A stretch of 63,798 nt of DNA, filler included, from Polymyxa betae A26-41 (Eukaryota; Protista; Endomyxa: Phytomyxea), in NCBI GenBank assembly GCA_003693705.1. It is 9 parts of 9 records of this genome, joined end to end, with 100 filler letters (N's around TTAATTAATTAA, not from the genome) between each part and the next. Parts side by side here need not be neighbours in the genome. Positions count along the whole stretch, not along the records: positions 12,464 to 25,252 come from RBZT01000345.1; 8 more parts are not named here. The stretch is one strand, 5' to 3'. The position numbers and the translations under genes are program-made. Each line of letters begins with the position of its first letter. Positions within the stretch are counted from its first letter, which is position 1. Shown piece after piece: positions 12,464 through 22,833 of the stretch. The notes under the pieces were generated by a model. It saw nothing but the letters and a program-made list of their open reading frames with translations, did no database searches and was not told where the DNA came from.

Positions 12464-14722
12464 TGCTGTTCTTGAAGATGGTCTCCGAAAATCATGATAA
12501 AAAAGTCCACATCATTATCACAATGATTTTGGAGGCAGTTCAATATAGGATTAACAATATCGTTCAGATATTCCAACAGCTCTTTACAACAAACCAAATT
12601 CAACCGCTGAACGTGATCTCGAAGGACCCGAATGCAGATCAGAAATGTTCTCTGTAACATTCGCGCTGAGATAAACCAATGATAGAACAATCGTCAACTT
12701 ACGATCTGGAATCCTTTAGCTTGATATCTAAGAAGACAATCAAGAGTGTCGGACAAATCTGGAATGGAGACTTATCGTGGCCCAAATTCGCGAACGATGG
12801 ATTGTTCGAAGCCGCATAACGACTCATCAATACGATTACATCTTTCGGAGAAATGCGTATGTGGAAACGGACTTCCCCATCGCGAATGAAATATTCGCAG
12901 ATCGTTCTGACAGCAGATAGTAACACATAATAACCCTGGCAGGCATGTCCGAAGAAGTCCATCGCGAAGACGTTTAAACTTGGTGATTCTGACCGAATTC
13001 TGAACGATGATCCAACCAACTTTCCTGTACAAGCTGGCAATCAGAATGAGCTTCTCCAACGTGTTCTTGGCTTTAACGAATTCAGAAAACTCGTTTAAAA
13101 CCAGAGGGGAATTATTGTAAGAAACTTTTAGAGGTTCTGGATTGCGAAAGCCTTTGTTGTACTGGTAAAACAGCGACAAACGACCATTGATGAGGAAAGC
13201 CTCCTCTTCTGGATCTGGTTGTTTCTTCTACATTGAATCGCACTTACTGAAAGTTCAACGCTGAACTGATAGACTTACAAGGAAGCGACAGAGGCTTTCA
13301 TAATCAACAATCTTGTCCACATTTGAATCCAGCAACTCGTTCAGAAACTTCATCCTCGACCTGAAAGGAGCTGGTTTCTGTGGAATGTCCGATCGATTGG
13401 GACCAGGTGAAGGTTTGATAGAATTTTGGCAAATGGGAGGAGTATTTGCAGACAGCGATCGTTGTGCTGAAAAGGCACTGCAGATCAGCTGCTGACCTTT
13501 CCTTCTCACACGGACAAGCGAGGATCCGCAGGGGTTGCCAGAACATTTCAAATGGAAGTTCGAATGCGTGAAGACGGTTCCCCAGCGAGACTGAAACGTC
13601 AATAGATTCTTCTGGCAGCAATTTACCAAACATTGTAACACCGGCACACAAACACATCTCCTCCAGTCTCTTAGACTGCGCTCTCCTTTGATTCTACCTT
13701 TTTTGCGAGCCAAAAATATTTTCCGATAAAGGTTGGCTATCAAACTCAGCTTTCGTAATGTGTATTTGGACTGTGCAATCTGATTGATCTCATACAGATC
13801 GAGTTGAGTATTGTTGATCGGGATAATCATAGACTCGTCGACAGCAGGAAAAACTACGGAAGGGAGCTGAGAGAAAACTTCGACTTCCTCAGTATTCGGT
13901 TCCTTCTTCTAATACGCAAAACATCACCAACAAGGTCATTAATAATAGATAAAATTATTTTTACCAGAAATTGACATAAACTATTGTAGTCAGTAATATC
14001 GACCACATTATGATCTAACATATTATTGAATGCCTTCATCAATTCTGGGCCTTCAGGGCCGCGTTTTCTCTTTCCGACCTTTGAATGGTTCTGAAAAGCT
14101 GTCTGGTTGGAATCGTTTTGGTTTTGCAAGATGTAACAATACCTGGCCCAAAAACGAGGATTCCTGAACATCAGCAGAAGCCGAACTTAAAGAAGGTTCC
14201 AAATATTGATCTTCAGGTTGGATTTCGGATGGATTTGTTAATGGAAGGTTTGGAAGGGGTTGCGATTCTTGAACGAACAATTTCTATAGTGAAACATCAG
14301 TCTAGGTGAATGCGAACAACTTAAACTCATTCATACAACAGAACCTCGTGAAATTTCAAAGAAATTCAAAGATTAAGCTGGACATCAGGAGGCAAAAAAC
14401 AGCCTTACATCAAGATTGGAGCCAAGTTGAGAAGATTCTCCCATGCTGAATATCATAGACGAATCGTCTCTCTGAGAGTGAATATGAGCGGGATGATCGG
14501 GCTCAGTTAGCAGCCTGAATGTTGTACAGGACGGATATCGACCCAAATCAAGAGCTATACGGAATTCAATCGTTAGTACCAAAGGTTCCAGATCCACCAT
14601 ACATCGAGGTCATCGGCGACGGCCGTGCCGTACTGGTCCCCGGAAAGATTTGGCAAAGCTTGGTCAGGGTTGGTAGCATGAGCGGCGACCAGAATAAGGA
14701 CGAAGATGGCAGAAGGAATCAT
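12464..14722 (-). CDS. Multi-exon putative secreted protein with NLS-like motif and repeated Cys-rich domain (family X, copy 1); in-frame stop before repeat 3; 3' end runs into a gap
   Basis: ATG at 14722 gives MIPSAIFVLILVAAHA (signal peptide); KVGKRKR; repeats at ~13520-13830 and ~12800-13130 and a diverged third at ~12464-12650. GT-AG introns join the middle exons in frame; the first intron boundary is uncertain. Confidence 0.75.
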
Positions 14723-15109
14723 TTCTACGGAATACGAGAACCTCCTTGTGTTTCATTCAGAAATTTTTTTGCGGCGCAGTTTTATCACAGTACGGAGTTG
14801 GGTTGATCAGGTCGCCTCCAGATCGTATTTTGGGAGAGTCGTTTTGAGACTGGTTTCAAATCAGTCCTGCAAGTTGGCTGCAGCCATGCCTAGCAAGGAA
14901 GTATTGGACTTTATCCAGGGCTTGCTGGCTCAGTTCGATCCAACGATGAGATCTTTGAGTCACTTGGGATGGAGCTAGGATTGAATATATATCTCGCGAG
15001 CCACGTTGTGGTGATGGATAAAAGGCGGCGCTCTAGAGCGGCAGCATTATACGACGGCGCAGAAGCATAGCGAGAATTGGATATATGACTTGGGATCCAT
15101 GGTTAAGTG

Positions 15110-15208
15110 CGGAATTACGGTACCTCTCATTACTACTCCCAACGGAATTACGGTACCTCTCATTACTACTCCCAACGGAATTACGGTACCTCTCATTACT
15201 ACTCCCAA
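15110..15208. repeat. Perfect 33-bp tandem repeat, three copies
   Basis: CGGAATTACGGTACCTCTCATTACTACTCCCAA three times with no spacers. Confidence 0.97.
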
Positions 15209-15265
15209 CGTCTATTTATCAAATAGGCCTGATTCAGATTAAGAGTCCCAGCAAAACCGCAAACA

Positions 15266-16080
15266 TGACGGCTCCGAAACTCAGCTCCACGAAGATTGAA
15301 ATTTCGCTGAACGAATCCAACTAAGTCTGGGAGTTCTCTCTGTCGGACAGGGCTTTTAGTATACGTCCTCTCCAAGGAGGAACTGGATGTCGAAAGCCTC
15401 TCGGTGGCGGAACCCAAAGGGGCCACGCCAAGAAGACGGCCAAGGCGGCAAGTGCAATCTCGAAGAACCTCGGCCAGGAACAGGTCGCGCTGATCCTCCA
15501 AAACGGCGGAAATCCGGCCGGTCGCGGCATGGAATGCCCTGCGCAACGAACGCCGGGGCCTCCAACCAGGACGTGGCCACGATGATCATGGAGATCAGCA
15601 AGCTTCGACGGACTGAGGCGCCGTCCGAGGAGGAAGCCAATCTGGGCGTCTCATAGAATAAGAAAGCGTGGAGCCTATCGCTGTGGGGATCGTTGAGTCT
15701 CGGAACATCTATTTCTTTTCGAGAACGTGACCATTCAAAAACGATTTTCGAGGCACCGAGGTGAACAACCGGGAGTGGAGCGCTAAGGCGACCCTGATCG
15801 AACCATCTGATGAATCTGAAGAAGGATATTCAGAACGTGGATGACCCCCAGCAGGACGAAGGGGTAAAGATCGTGCACCAGGACAACAAGGTCAAAACAA
15901 CCTGCTCAGGGTCGATGGTGGCGATTCGGACCATATCCCTGATTCACGGGTTTAAAATCCATGCTTGAATTGAAGGGTGGTTTCTCGGAAGATAATTGGT
16001 CTACATCTTGGCTTACCCAATCGTCTTCCAGAGCAAATCCTTGCGTATTACATGAAGGCTGTTCGTGTTCATGAATGATG
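15266..16080 (+). mobile_element. Probable degraded LTR-retrotransposon gag region
   Basis: MTAPKL..SLNESN*VWEF resembles the Copia gag N-terminus; GC-rich low-complexity sequence; frameshifted. Confidence 0.3.
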
Positions 16081-16138
16081 ATTGTCTGTCGATGAGACAG
16101 CGATCGGATCGAGGAACTGAAAATGCACTCGCAGCTGC

Positions 16139-16355
16139 TTGGAGCGGATCCTCCAATCGCGATACGCTACTAAATTGACACACACGAATTACAGCTCGTT
16201 ATCAACTCTGATTTATTCCAGCTCGAATCCCAGGACCCAAATCCAGCTCGGTCCGTACGGATGCCGTACGGACCTCTCGGGGGTCGAGCCTATTAATATT
16301 AAGGTACGTCGTCATANNNNNNNNNNNNNNNNNTTATTTTAATAAATCTGATACA
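16139..16355 (+). repeat. LTR-like repeat family A, copy 3
   Basis: About 130 bp identical to the reverse complement of ~12190-12319; AATAAA followed by a CA end. Confidence 0.8.
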
Positions 16356-16619
16356 TGATGTCCAAATCCATCCATCCTTCCGGATTTCCTGAAAAGTATG
16401 GGCAAGATTCACGCTGTTCTCCGGACTATACACCCATTCTTCCGGATACTCCACAGCTAAGACGAACTCTCCAGATTTCCTGAAAAATTTAGTCATTGCC
16501 CAGTTCCATCCACAACGTTTTAAAAAATCCCCGAAGGCAGAATTAATGCCTTTCAAGATTAGTGCTGCCGACTCGACTGTACCTCAAACCCCTCCCGTCG
16601 TTTTTTCGCCTAATACTGA

Positions 16620-16975
16620 TGAACCTAATGAGAGTCGCCAGCTGGAAATGTGGAAGGGCTACGTGCCAAATTACCAATATCACCCGCTACTTCCACCAAC
16701 ACCGTTTTTTCATCGAAACATTGATGGCTCCAACTGACCGTTATCACAAATTTTTTAATTCAATTTAACTGAACCCGCTTCTGATGCCCGCCGCCCTAAC
16801 GGTGGAATCACATTATTGGATTGACCTGAAACATCAGCAGCCTGGGGTGTCTAGATCGTCAACAATGCCGCTATCATCGTCGGAGTTTACCTGATCAGTG
16901 CCAAACAACATGAACTTTACACCTTGGCCGACATCCTGAACCAGCACGAGAATATTCCTATAGCCATCCTGAGAA
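16620..16975 (+). mobile_element. LINE APE-endonuclease remnant
   Basis: RPNGGITLL and AAIIVGVYL...HENIPIAIL resemble the APE GGV, VY and 'IIxGD' regions. Confidence 0.5.
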
Positions 16976-16984
16976 AAGTCTCTC

Positions 16985-17325
16985 ATGCTAAAGGATGTTG
17001 TCTATATTCCGGAGCTTAAGACAAGTTTGTTTTCTGTAAGTGCGGCGGCGATGAATGGTGCAAAGATAAGATTTGATCAAGAAACATGTAATGCTGTTGT
17101 CAATGGGGACGAGTTCCAGCTCGGTGTCCGAATAGTTAGAGTTTATGCCCTGCACGTTAAATCTCAGAAGCCATGGAAATCGGTGGATCGCATTTTCCTT
17201 CATAAACGACTTGGTCATTTGAACTATTCGAGTATTGAGCAAATGGTACGAGATGGAGCAGATCGAAGATGTTAAGTTGTTAGGCAAGAAACCAGATTTC
17301 TGTGAGGATTGTGTCTCGGGAGTCG
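16985..17325 (+). mobile_element. Copia protease end / GAG-pre-integrase fragment
   Basis: LKDVVYIPELKTSLFSVS; HKRLGHLN; FCEDCVSG. Confidence 0.88.
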
Positions 17326-18924
17326 ACTCGTTGCTAAACCACGATGCCTTCTGAAGAAGCCTCATCGACGGGTTTTCCCTCTACAATTACCTAGCATGAG
17401 GTCTATGTCATTCAGCACTGTGTACGTCCAACGTTGCGTGAGTGTGGTCTTGAGCGACAAACTGATCTGGGCCATCAAGCGCAGACGTGCTGGGCCCACC
17501 GTTAGGCAATGTCATGCTGATTACAGTCTCCCGCCTGATCCCGCCGACGACAATCGAGCAGGCGCAGGAAAAATGTATTCAGTAGGCATCGTTTTTATGG
17601 AATTCCAAGTCTGAAGCGACCTAGTAGAGTTTTGAAAAAGAAATCGAAATTATGTATGGAATTGGGATCATAGCAAAAACTACCTGTTGAAGCTGCGAGA
17701 GAATTCTGAAGCGAATTTGTTCTGACTGAGTATATAGGTTCATGGTAGATGAAATTCGGTTTTGACCCGAACCGGTAGTAGATCGGGAGAGCAATATATG
17801 TTTTCAAAAAAGATTATTCATGTGGATAAGAAGGATGAGTCATGCCATGAGACCATTTTAAAAAGTATACTTTATTTTTCTCCATCATTGAGATATTCCT
17901 AGAGTCGCGTTTAGTTATTTTCTAAATTCAATCTGACCGCTATCGATGAGAAACAAGACCAACATAGGTGACAAAAATTTGCTGTGTTTCACAAACTTTT
18001 CTCACCTATTACGCTTTCAAACTGCATTTATACCGTTCTGAAATGCAGTAATGGATGCTATTTTGAGCTGTCGTTTTGGATAGTTGAAGCCATTCAAGCT
18101 GATCCTTGTTACTTTGCTGGATCGCGTCATGACCACACATTGGCCTTCCGGCTCCCGACAGAATCTACAGATCGAGAAGAGCGAGAGTAGAAATTTCATA
18201 ATACAGTTCAAGTAGGCCCTGGACTAACAGCTGTGAGCTGTTATTGTAAATTTTGATCAGTTAGTTGCTGTGAAATTCAGGCGCATTTACTACAGAAAAT
18301 TCTATGGAAAGCGGTATCCCCACTCCGTACTTAATTATGCGCTTGAAATTACATGTCCTGCGCTCGGTTCTCGAATTCCCTACCAGAGTTGAGCGAGAAG
18401 AGCTCTCGGTGTTTGTTTCAACTTTTGCAAGGTGTCAGGAGAAGATTGCATTCCTGTGATTCGAAACTGCGACCCCTTGATAATGCTTTCCCAACACAAG
18501 CCCTGTAGCGGCTATGACGGAAAGGTCTTAAATCAGTAGTTGGAGAGCCAGATCAGGAAATTTTCAATCTGAATCTTACTCGTAAACCGAGAATTGTCAA
18601 CGTGCGCGGTCTCTGACGCTTTTAGCGGCTGAAATTGTGTTGCCTTATTGGGTTGGGCCTTAAAGGCTCACCTGCGCACTCGGCCAGATATGCTGGCTAT
18701 CTTTTCATTAGCAGGCAACATGCCCGGAAGGTGCAGCAGAGGGTGGCAATATGTTCATTAACTGTGAGGCCATTTGGGAAGGAATCCTCTCCGTTCTTCA
18801 ATCTCTTAACAATTCCTGCGAGTGAGTATTTTATAAGCTCATTGAGCTACTATTCGATATTGCGTTTAAACGTCAAGAGTATGCGTTAGCCAAATTGTCA
18901 GATGCCAGAATCCAGATTGCAGAA

Positions 18925-20438
18925 TAGGGAATTCGAGAAGGGTCAAGGGGTGACAACGACAAAAAAAATTCCGCCGCGCAGAAAAAATTGTACTTCGTGT
19001 ATACAAAAATGTTCTGCCAACGCTGTGGAAAGCCTGATGGGGGCAAATCTTTCTAGCTGTCGACAGATAAGACGGACAGCCGCTGTCGGCAGATGCTGCC
19101 TGCCCGACACTGACCGTCGCCGATCTATATCGCGATTTACAAACGCCTTTTAATAGTAGATATATTCCGGTATGCCCCTATCGTTCGACCCAATTTTGTT
19201 TCGGTGAGCTATGATAGCAACGAACCAGCTGAATGCGAACGTTAGCGATCACGACGTTAGACCCTCAATGAAGCCCGGCGAACTCATTCAGGCAGCCATG
19301 ATTTGGCTGTTGTTTTGGCCCCTAGCAAAAGCAGCAAAAAGCGTGACAGACCACATTTTGATGACTGAATCCGATCTGCTCTTGCGAATTTTCCTAATGC
19401 AAGAAACGCAGGCCGTCATTGCTAGGCCAGCCTATACTTTAGTGTAGCGTCAAGCGACGGACATAGAAACGGCAGTTCCCGAAAACATAGAGAAGTTTAA
19501 GGCGGTAATCGCTGGAAAGCGTCCTGATATACTTCTCACTAATTGATTACAGAAAGTGTTACATAAACCACATCTGTGCTAATCAACGCTCGATGTCAAC
19601 ATTCGGAGATATTCAGTCCTCCCTCTCTATAACGACACTCTTTATAACGACATCTCCATATAAGCCCGTTATGTTACATTGTACGGATATTGTTCTATAG
19701 ATTCTCAGCATCAATGACATGGCGGCGCGTCTGGCGCTCAGACCCTTTATCATATGGTCCCTTCTCCTTCAAAAAAGAAAGAGCCGTTCGAGATAGTCGA
19801 GAAACAGCTGATTTGGCGAGAATACAATAATAACATTAAAGAGAAAAAACAAAAATCGCAGAGCTGGTTTCGGAAAGATTGGGTTATTCCGCTCGACTAT
19901 TTCTGACTTTGTAAGAGACCTTGGAAGTACGAGAGTCAAGTGAGCAAACTGACGTTAACGACAACAAATCGAAGCACATCGAAAATTAGCTAAGCACTTT
20001 TCGGCATAACTCCCAAGAACTGCCATAAGAACTTCAAGAAGTTTGTAAAGCTTTAATTTTGTATCTATTCGAGAAAAATGATTCCTGAAATTGCGGCGAG
20101 TTAATACATATAAAATGGTCCATGGTCCGTTAGGAACCCAATATATTTTAGAACGACAGTGTCGTCATAAAAAAAGAAAACCCCGCCAGTATCGTTATAG
20201 AGAGGGAAGACAGTAGATCGACGGCTATGACGGGCAGCATCTGCCGACAGCTGCTGTCCATCTTATCTGTCGCCAGACAGAAAGATTTGCCCGCCTGATG
20301 GACAATGCCTGAACGACTGTCCCGTCCAGCCAGGCACAATTTCGATACCTATATAGCTATTTAGCACGAAGTAAATTTTTTTCTGCGCGGCGGAATTTTT
20401 TTGTCGTTGTCACCCCTTGACCCTTCTCGAATTCCGTA
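18925..20438. mobile_element. Non-autonomous TIR element with ~200-bp TIRs, TA(G/C)GGAATTC termini and 6-bp TSD GCAGAA
   Basis: 18925-~19130 is the reverse complement of ~20214-20438; GCAGAA at 18919-18924 and 20439-20444. Confidence 0.88.
19614..20213. mobile_element. pogo/Tigger-type Tc1-mariner derivative nested in the TIR element
   Basis: TIRs CAGTCCTCCCTCTCTATAACGA and TCGTTATAGAGAGGGAAGACAG followed by TA; internal decayed coding sequence. Confidence 0.75.
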
Positions 20439-20652
20439 GCAGAACAACTGTGTTTGTGCGAAGCGCGAACTCACAAATGATGCGCGACATCAAAAAAATA
20501 AACTGCGTATTAAGAAAAAACCAGCAATCGCCAATCGCCAATCGCCCAACCATCTACGCTCCTCTGGACCGGAATCTCAATGGCCGAACCCGTCCGTTCA
20601 TTCATACTGGCCCATCAGGATCCATGGCCGACGACCCGTCCTTGCTGTCATC

Positions 20653-21576
20653 ATGCTTGAAACCCTTTTAACCACTATAATCGTATTCCCGCTCCTCGCC
20701 CTCATCTTCCTTCTATCAAAATCGCAGCGCGCCCACATTCTGCGCTACCTGGCGGCGTGGGCCAACACGACCAAGGCCGGCGCGGACTCCGGCTCCTATT
20801 ACGACCATGTGTTACCGCACGGCCCTCTGGTCCAGCATTACGCCAATCTATGGACCGTGACGGGCACGTTACCGACGACGTCGTTCTTCCCGCCACGCAC
20901 TATGCTGCTCTATCGCTTGCCGTCCACGACGGCCGTACTGGTCCACTCGCCGATTTGCGTCCGGGACGACGTCGCCGACGCGATCGACGCCCTCGGTCAG
21001 ATACGTTACATTCTGATTCCGAACCGCGCCCATCGCCTGGACTGCGAGCATTGGGCGCGCCGGTACCCGTCGGCGACCGTACTGGCCCCGTCCTTCGCCA
21101 GGGACTCAGTCCGTGAGTATGTCCCGGACGGTGAGGTGGCGATCTGCGAGCAGGAGATGGCAGAGTTCGAGGCGGAGGCCGCCCCCGGCGATCTTCCCGG
21201 TGTTTATTACATGCCAGTCGGATATGAGCAGTTTGAGCTCGCCTATGTGATGCGATTACAGGGCGCAGAGAGCCCCGAGTCCGTGGTCATCGTCGTCGCT
21301 GACACCTTCTTCAACCTGAGAGAGGCCCCGCTATTGGTCAAGGCATTGGGCAGCGCTGATGGGTTCCGCCTGGGCAAGTACGGCTTGATCACAGCCCGGG
21401 ACCCGCACGCCGTACTGGAATGGCTGCTGGATTTATGTTACGCGGCCTGGGCTATGGATGTCGAGGCCGTGTTCATGGCGCATGGGGAGCCGGTCCAGGG
21501 CCGTGGCCAGGTCGTACTGGAGCTGAAACGGGCAGCAGATCGACTCACCCGGGATATGGGCCTGTATTATACCTAA
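20653..21576 (+). CDS. DUF4336-like metallo-beta-lactamase-fold protein with N-terminal hydrophobic anchor, 307 aa, intronless
   Basis: LWTV..RTMLLYRL..LVHSPI..LGQIRYILIPNRAHRL..WARRYPSA..ADTFFN..MAHG; intact GC-rich ORF. Confidence 0.85.
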   Translation: MLETLLTTIIVFPLLALIFLLSKSQRAHILRYLAAWANTTKAGADSGSYYDHVLPHGPLVQHYANLWTVTGTLPTTSFFPPRTMLLYRLPSTTAVLVHSPICVRDDVADAIDALGQIRYILIPNRAHRLDCEHWARRYPSATVLAPSFARDSVREYVPDGEVAICEQEMAEFEAEAAPGDLPGVYYMPVGYEQFELAYVMRLQGAESPESVVIVVADTFFNLREAPLLVKALGSADGFRLGKYGLITARDPHAVLEWLLDLCYAAWAMDVEAVFMAHGEPVQGRGQVVLELKRAADRLTRDMGLYYT

Positions 21577-21868
21577 AGTGTAATGTTACAGGGAATGTTG
21601 CAGGTCGCGTTTGTTTTATCTACGATTATTATTTTTAATCAACAAAGAAATCTTCAAGGAACATGTAACGTAAAAATGACAGTCAGGCACTGGAACAAGT
21701 ATCGTTTATAAAATCTGCAATGCCGACGTAGCGCGCAAAAATATATGTTTCATTTCGTGCTTGTTGTTGCATGGTAACGTTATTCTAATCTTGAATGCAT
21801 TGAGACGTTTAAATGGGAAGCGTCGAACTTTGTCCGATTTGTCCGAGTGATTCGTTCAACAGTTTGAT

Positions 21869-22132
21869 ATGCAGTGTAACGTGGCCGATATACTTGTGGC
21901 GCTATTCGTCATGCTCTGTCACCTGTCGGATAAGACGTTCGAGTGGCTCGAATGGACTTGCGGCGAATACGTGCCGGTGTTCGGCCTGTTTCATGGATAT
22001 CGCCGTCGACTGGACATGGCACAGACTGCCCGACTGGAGCATGCACTGGTTCGACTCGGTGATAAAGTTACTTCCAGTACTGACATAATGCATCAACGTA
22101 TCGCTCGTCTCGAGCAACAGCTAGACGTCTAG
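21869..22132 (+). CDS. Hypothetical 87-aa protein, hydrophobic N-terminus and coiled-coil-like C-terminus
   Basis: Intact ORF ending MHQRIARLEQQLDV; AATAAA about 35 nt downstream. Confidence 0.35.
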   Translation: MQCNVADILVALFVMLCHLSDKTFEWLEWTCGEYVPVFGLFHGYRRRLDMAQTARLEHALVRLGDKVTSSTDIMHQRIARLEQQLDV

Positions 22133-22295
22133 ATTCTAGAGCACTCCAAAGAACATTTGGTGTTCAATAAAACCAATCAGATTTGATTTTTCGTTTGCTA
22201 AACCCATGCCATAGTATATATTGGAGTGTTAGGCAATATGTTTCAGATCGGGGTTGGCAGTAACACGGTCAAAGGGACGTTATAGTAAAAAAGTT

Positions 22296-22379
22296 GCACC
22301 GGTGGTGGAGTGGTCTAACACGTACGATTCAGGTTCGTATCTTGCTTGCAAGGCGCGGGTTCGAATCCCGTCTGGTGCA
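22296..22379 (+). tRNA. tRNA-Leu(CAG), type II
   Basis: Acceptor GCACCGG/CTGGTGC-A; D loop AGTGGTCTAA; anticodon stem TACGA/TCGTA with loop TT-CAG-GT; long variable arm; GGTTCGAATCCC; T-run terminator downstream. Confidence 0.95.
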
Positions 22380-22833
22380 TTCCTTTTTGGGTCCTATTTC
22401 TCCTATACCTCAACCACATCAGAATCGCTTCATGCGTTTCGCTGTAATACATTATGAAATGGACTTGTAATTATTCATTTAAAATTCAGGTTCGGCATTG
22501 TACTCCACCATTATGGGCGGGCCCAGCCCACTATTCAATCAGCTTTCCTGGCCCGAAACTGAACGATAAGAATTGGTCAAAGCTTTCGTTCACCGATACA
22601 GATTTCGCCAATTGCTTAGTCAATTCGAATTCTACATTCGCATTTTTTGTCCCACATCGTTAAGCTTCCAAAGCAAACAGATGAGGCAATTTAATCAAGC
22701 AGATTCCGGACGTGACTCAATTTACTATTCATCTATCCTGAAAACGTATTCAACAGACTCTGTTAACGACCAGAAAGCCATGGTTGTCAACTCGCCTTGA
22801 AGCAGAATTTCATTAATCATTCTATAGCGTCGC

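Noticed and set aside
15110-15208. 33-bp direct repeats of CRISPR-like length
   Set aside because: Head-to-tail with no spacers, no cas genes, eukaryotic context.
12019-16355. Inverted family A repeats apparently flanking family X copy 1 like a composite transposon
   Set aside because: The two repeats are on different contigs, separated by the linker at 12408.
22296-22379. Possible tRNA-Sec (TCA in the loop) or CUG-reassigning tRNA
   Set aside because: The stem register puts CAG at positions 34-36; the 7-bp acceptor, A73 and G37 fit an ordinary tRNA-Leu.
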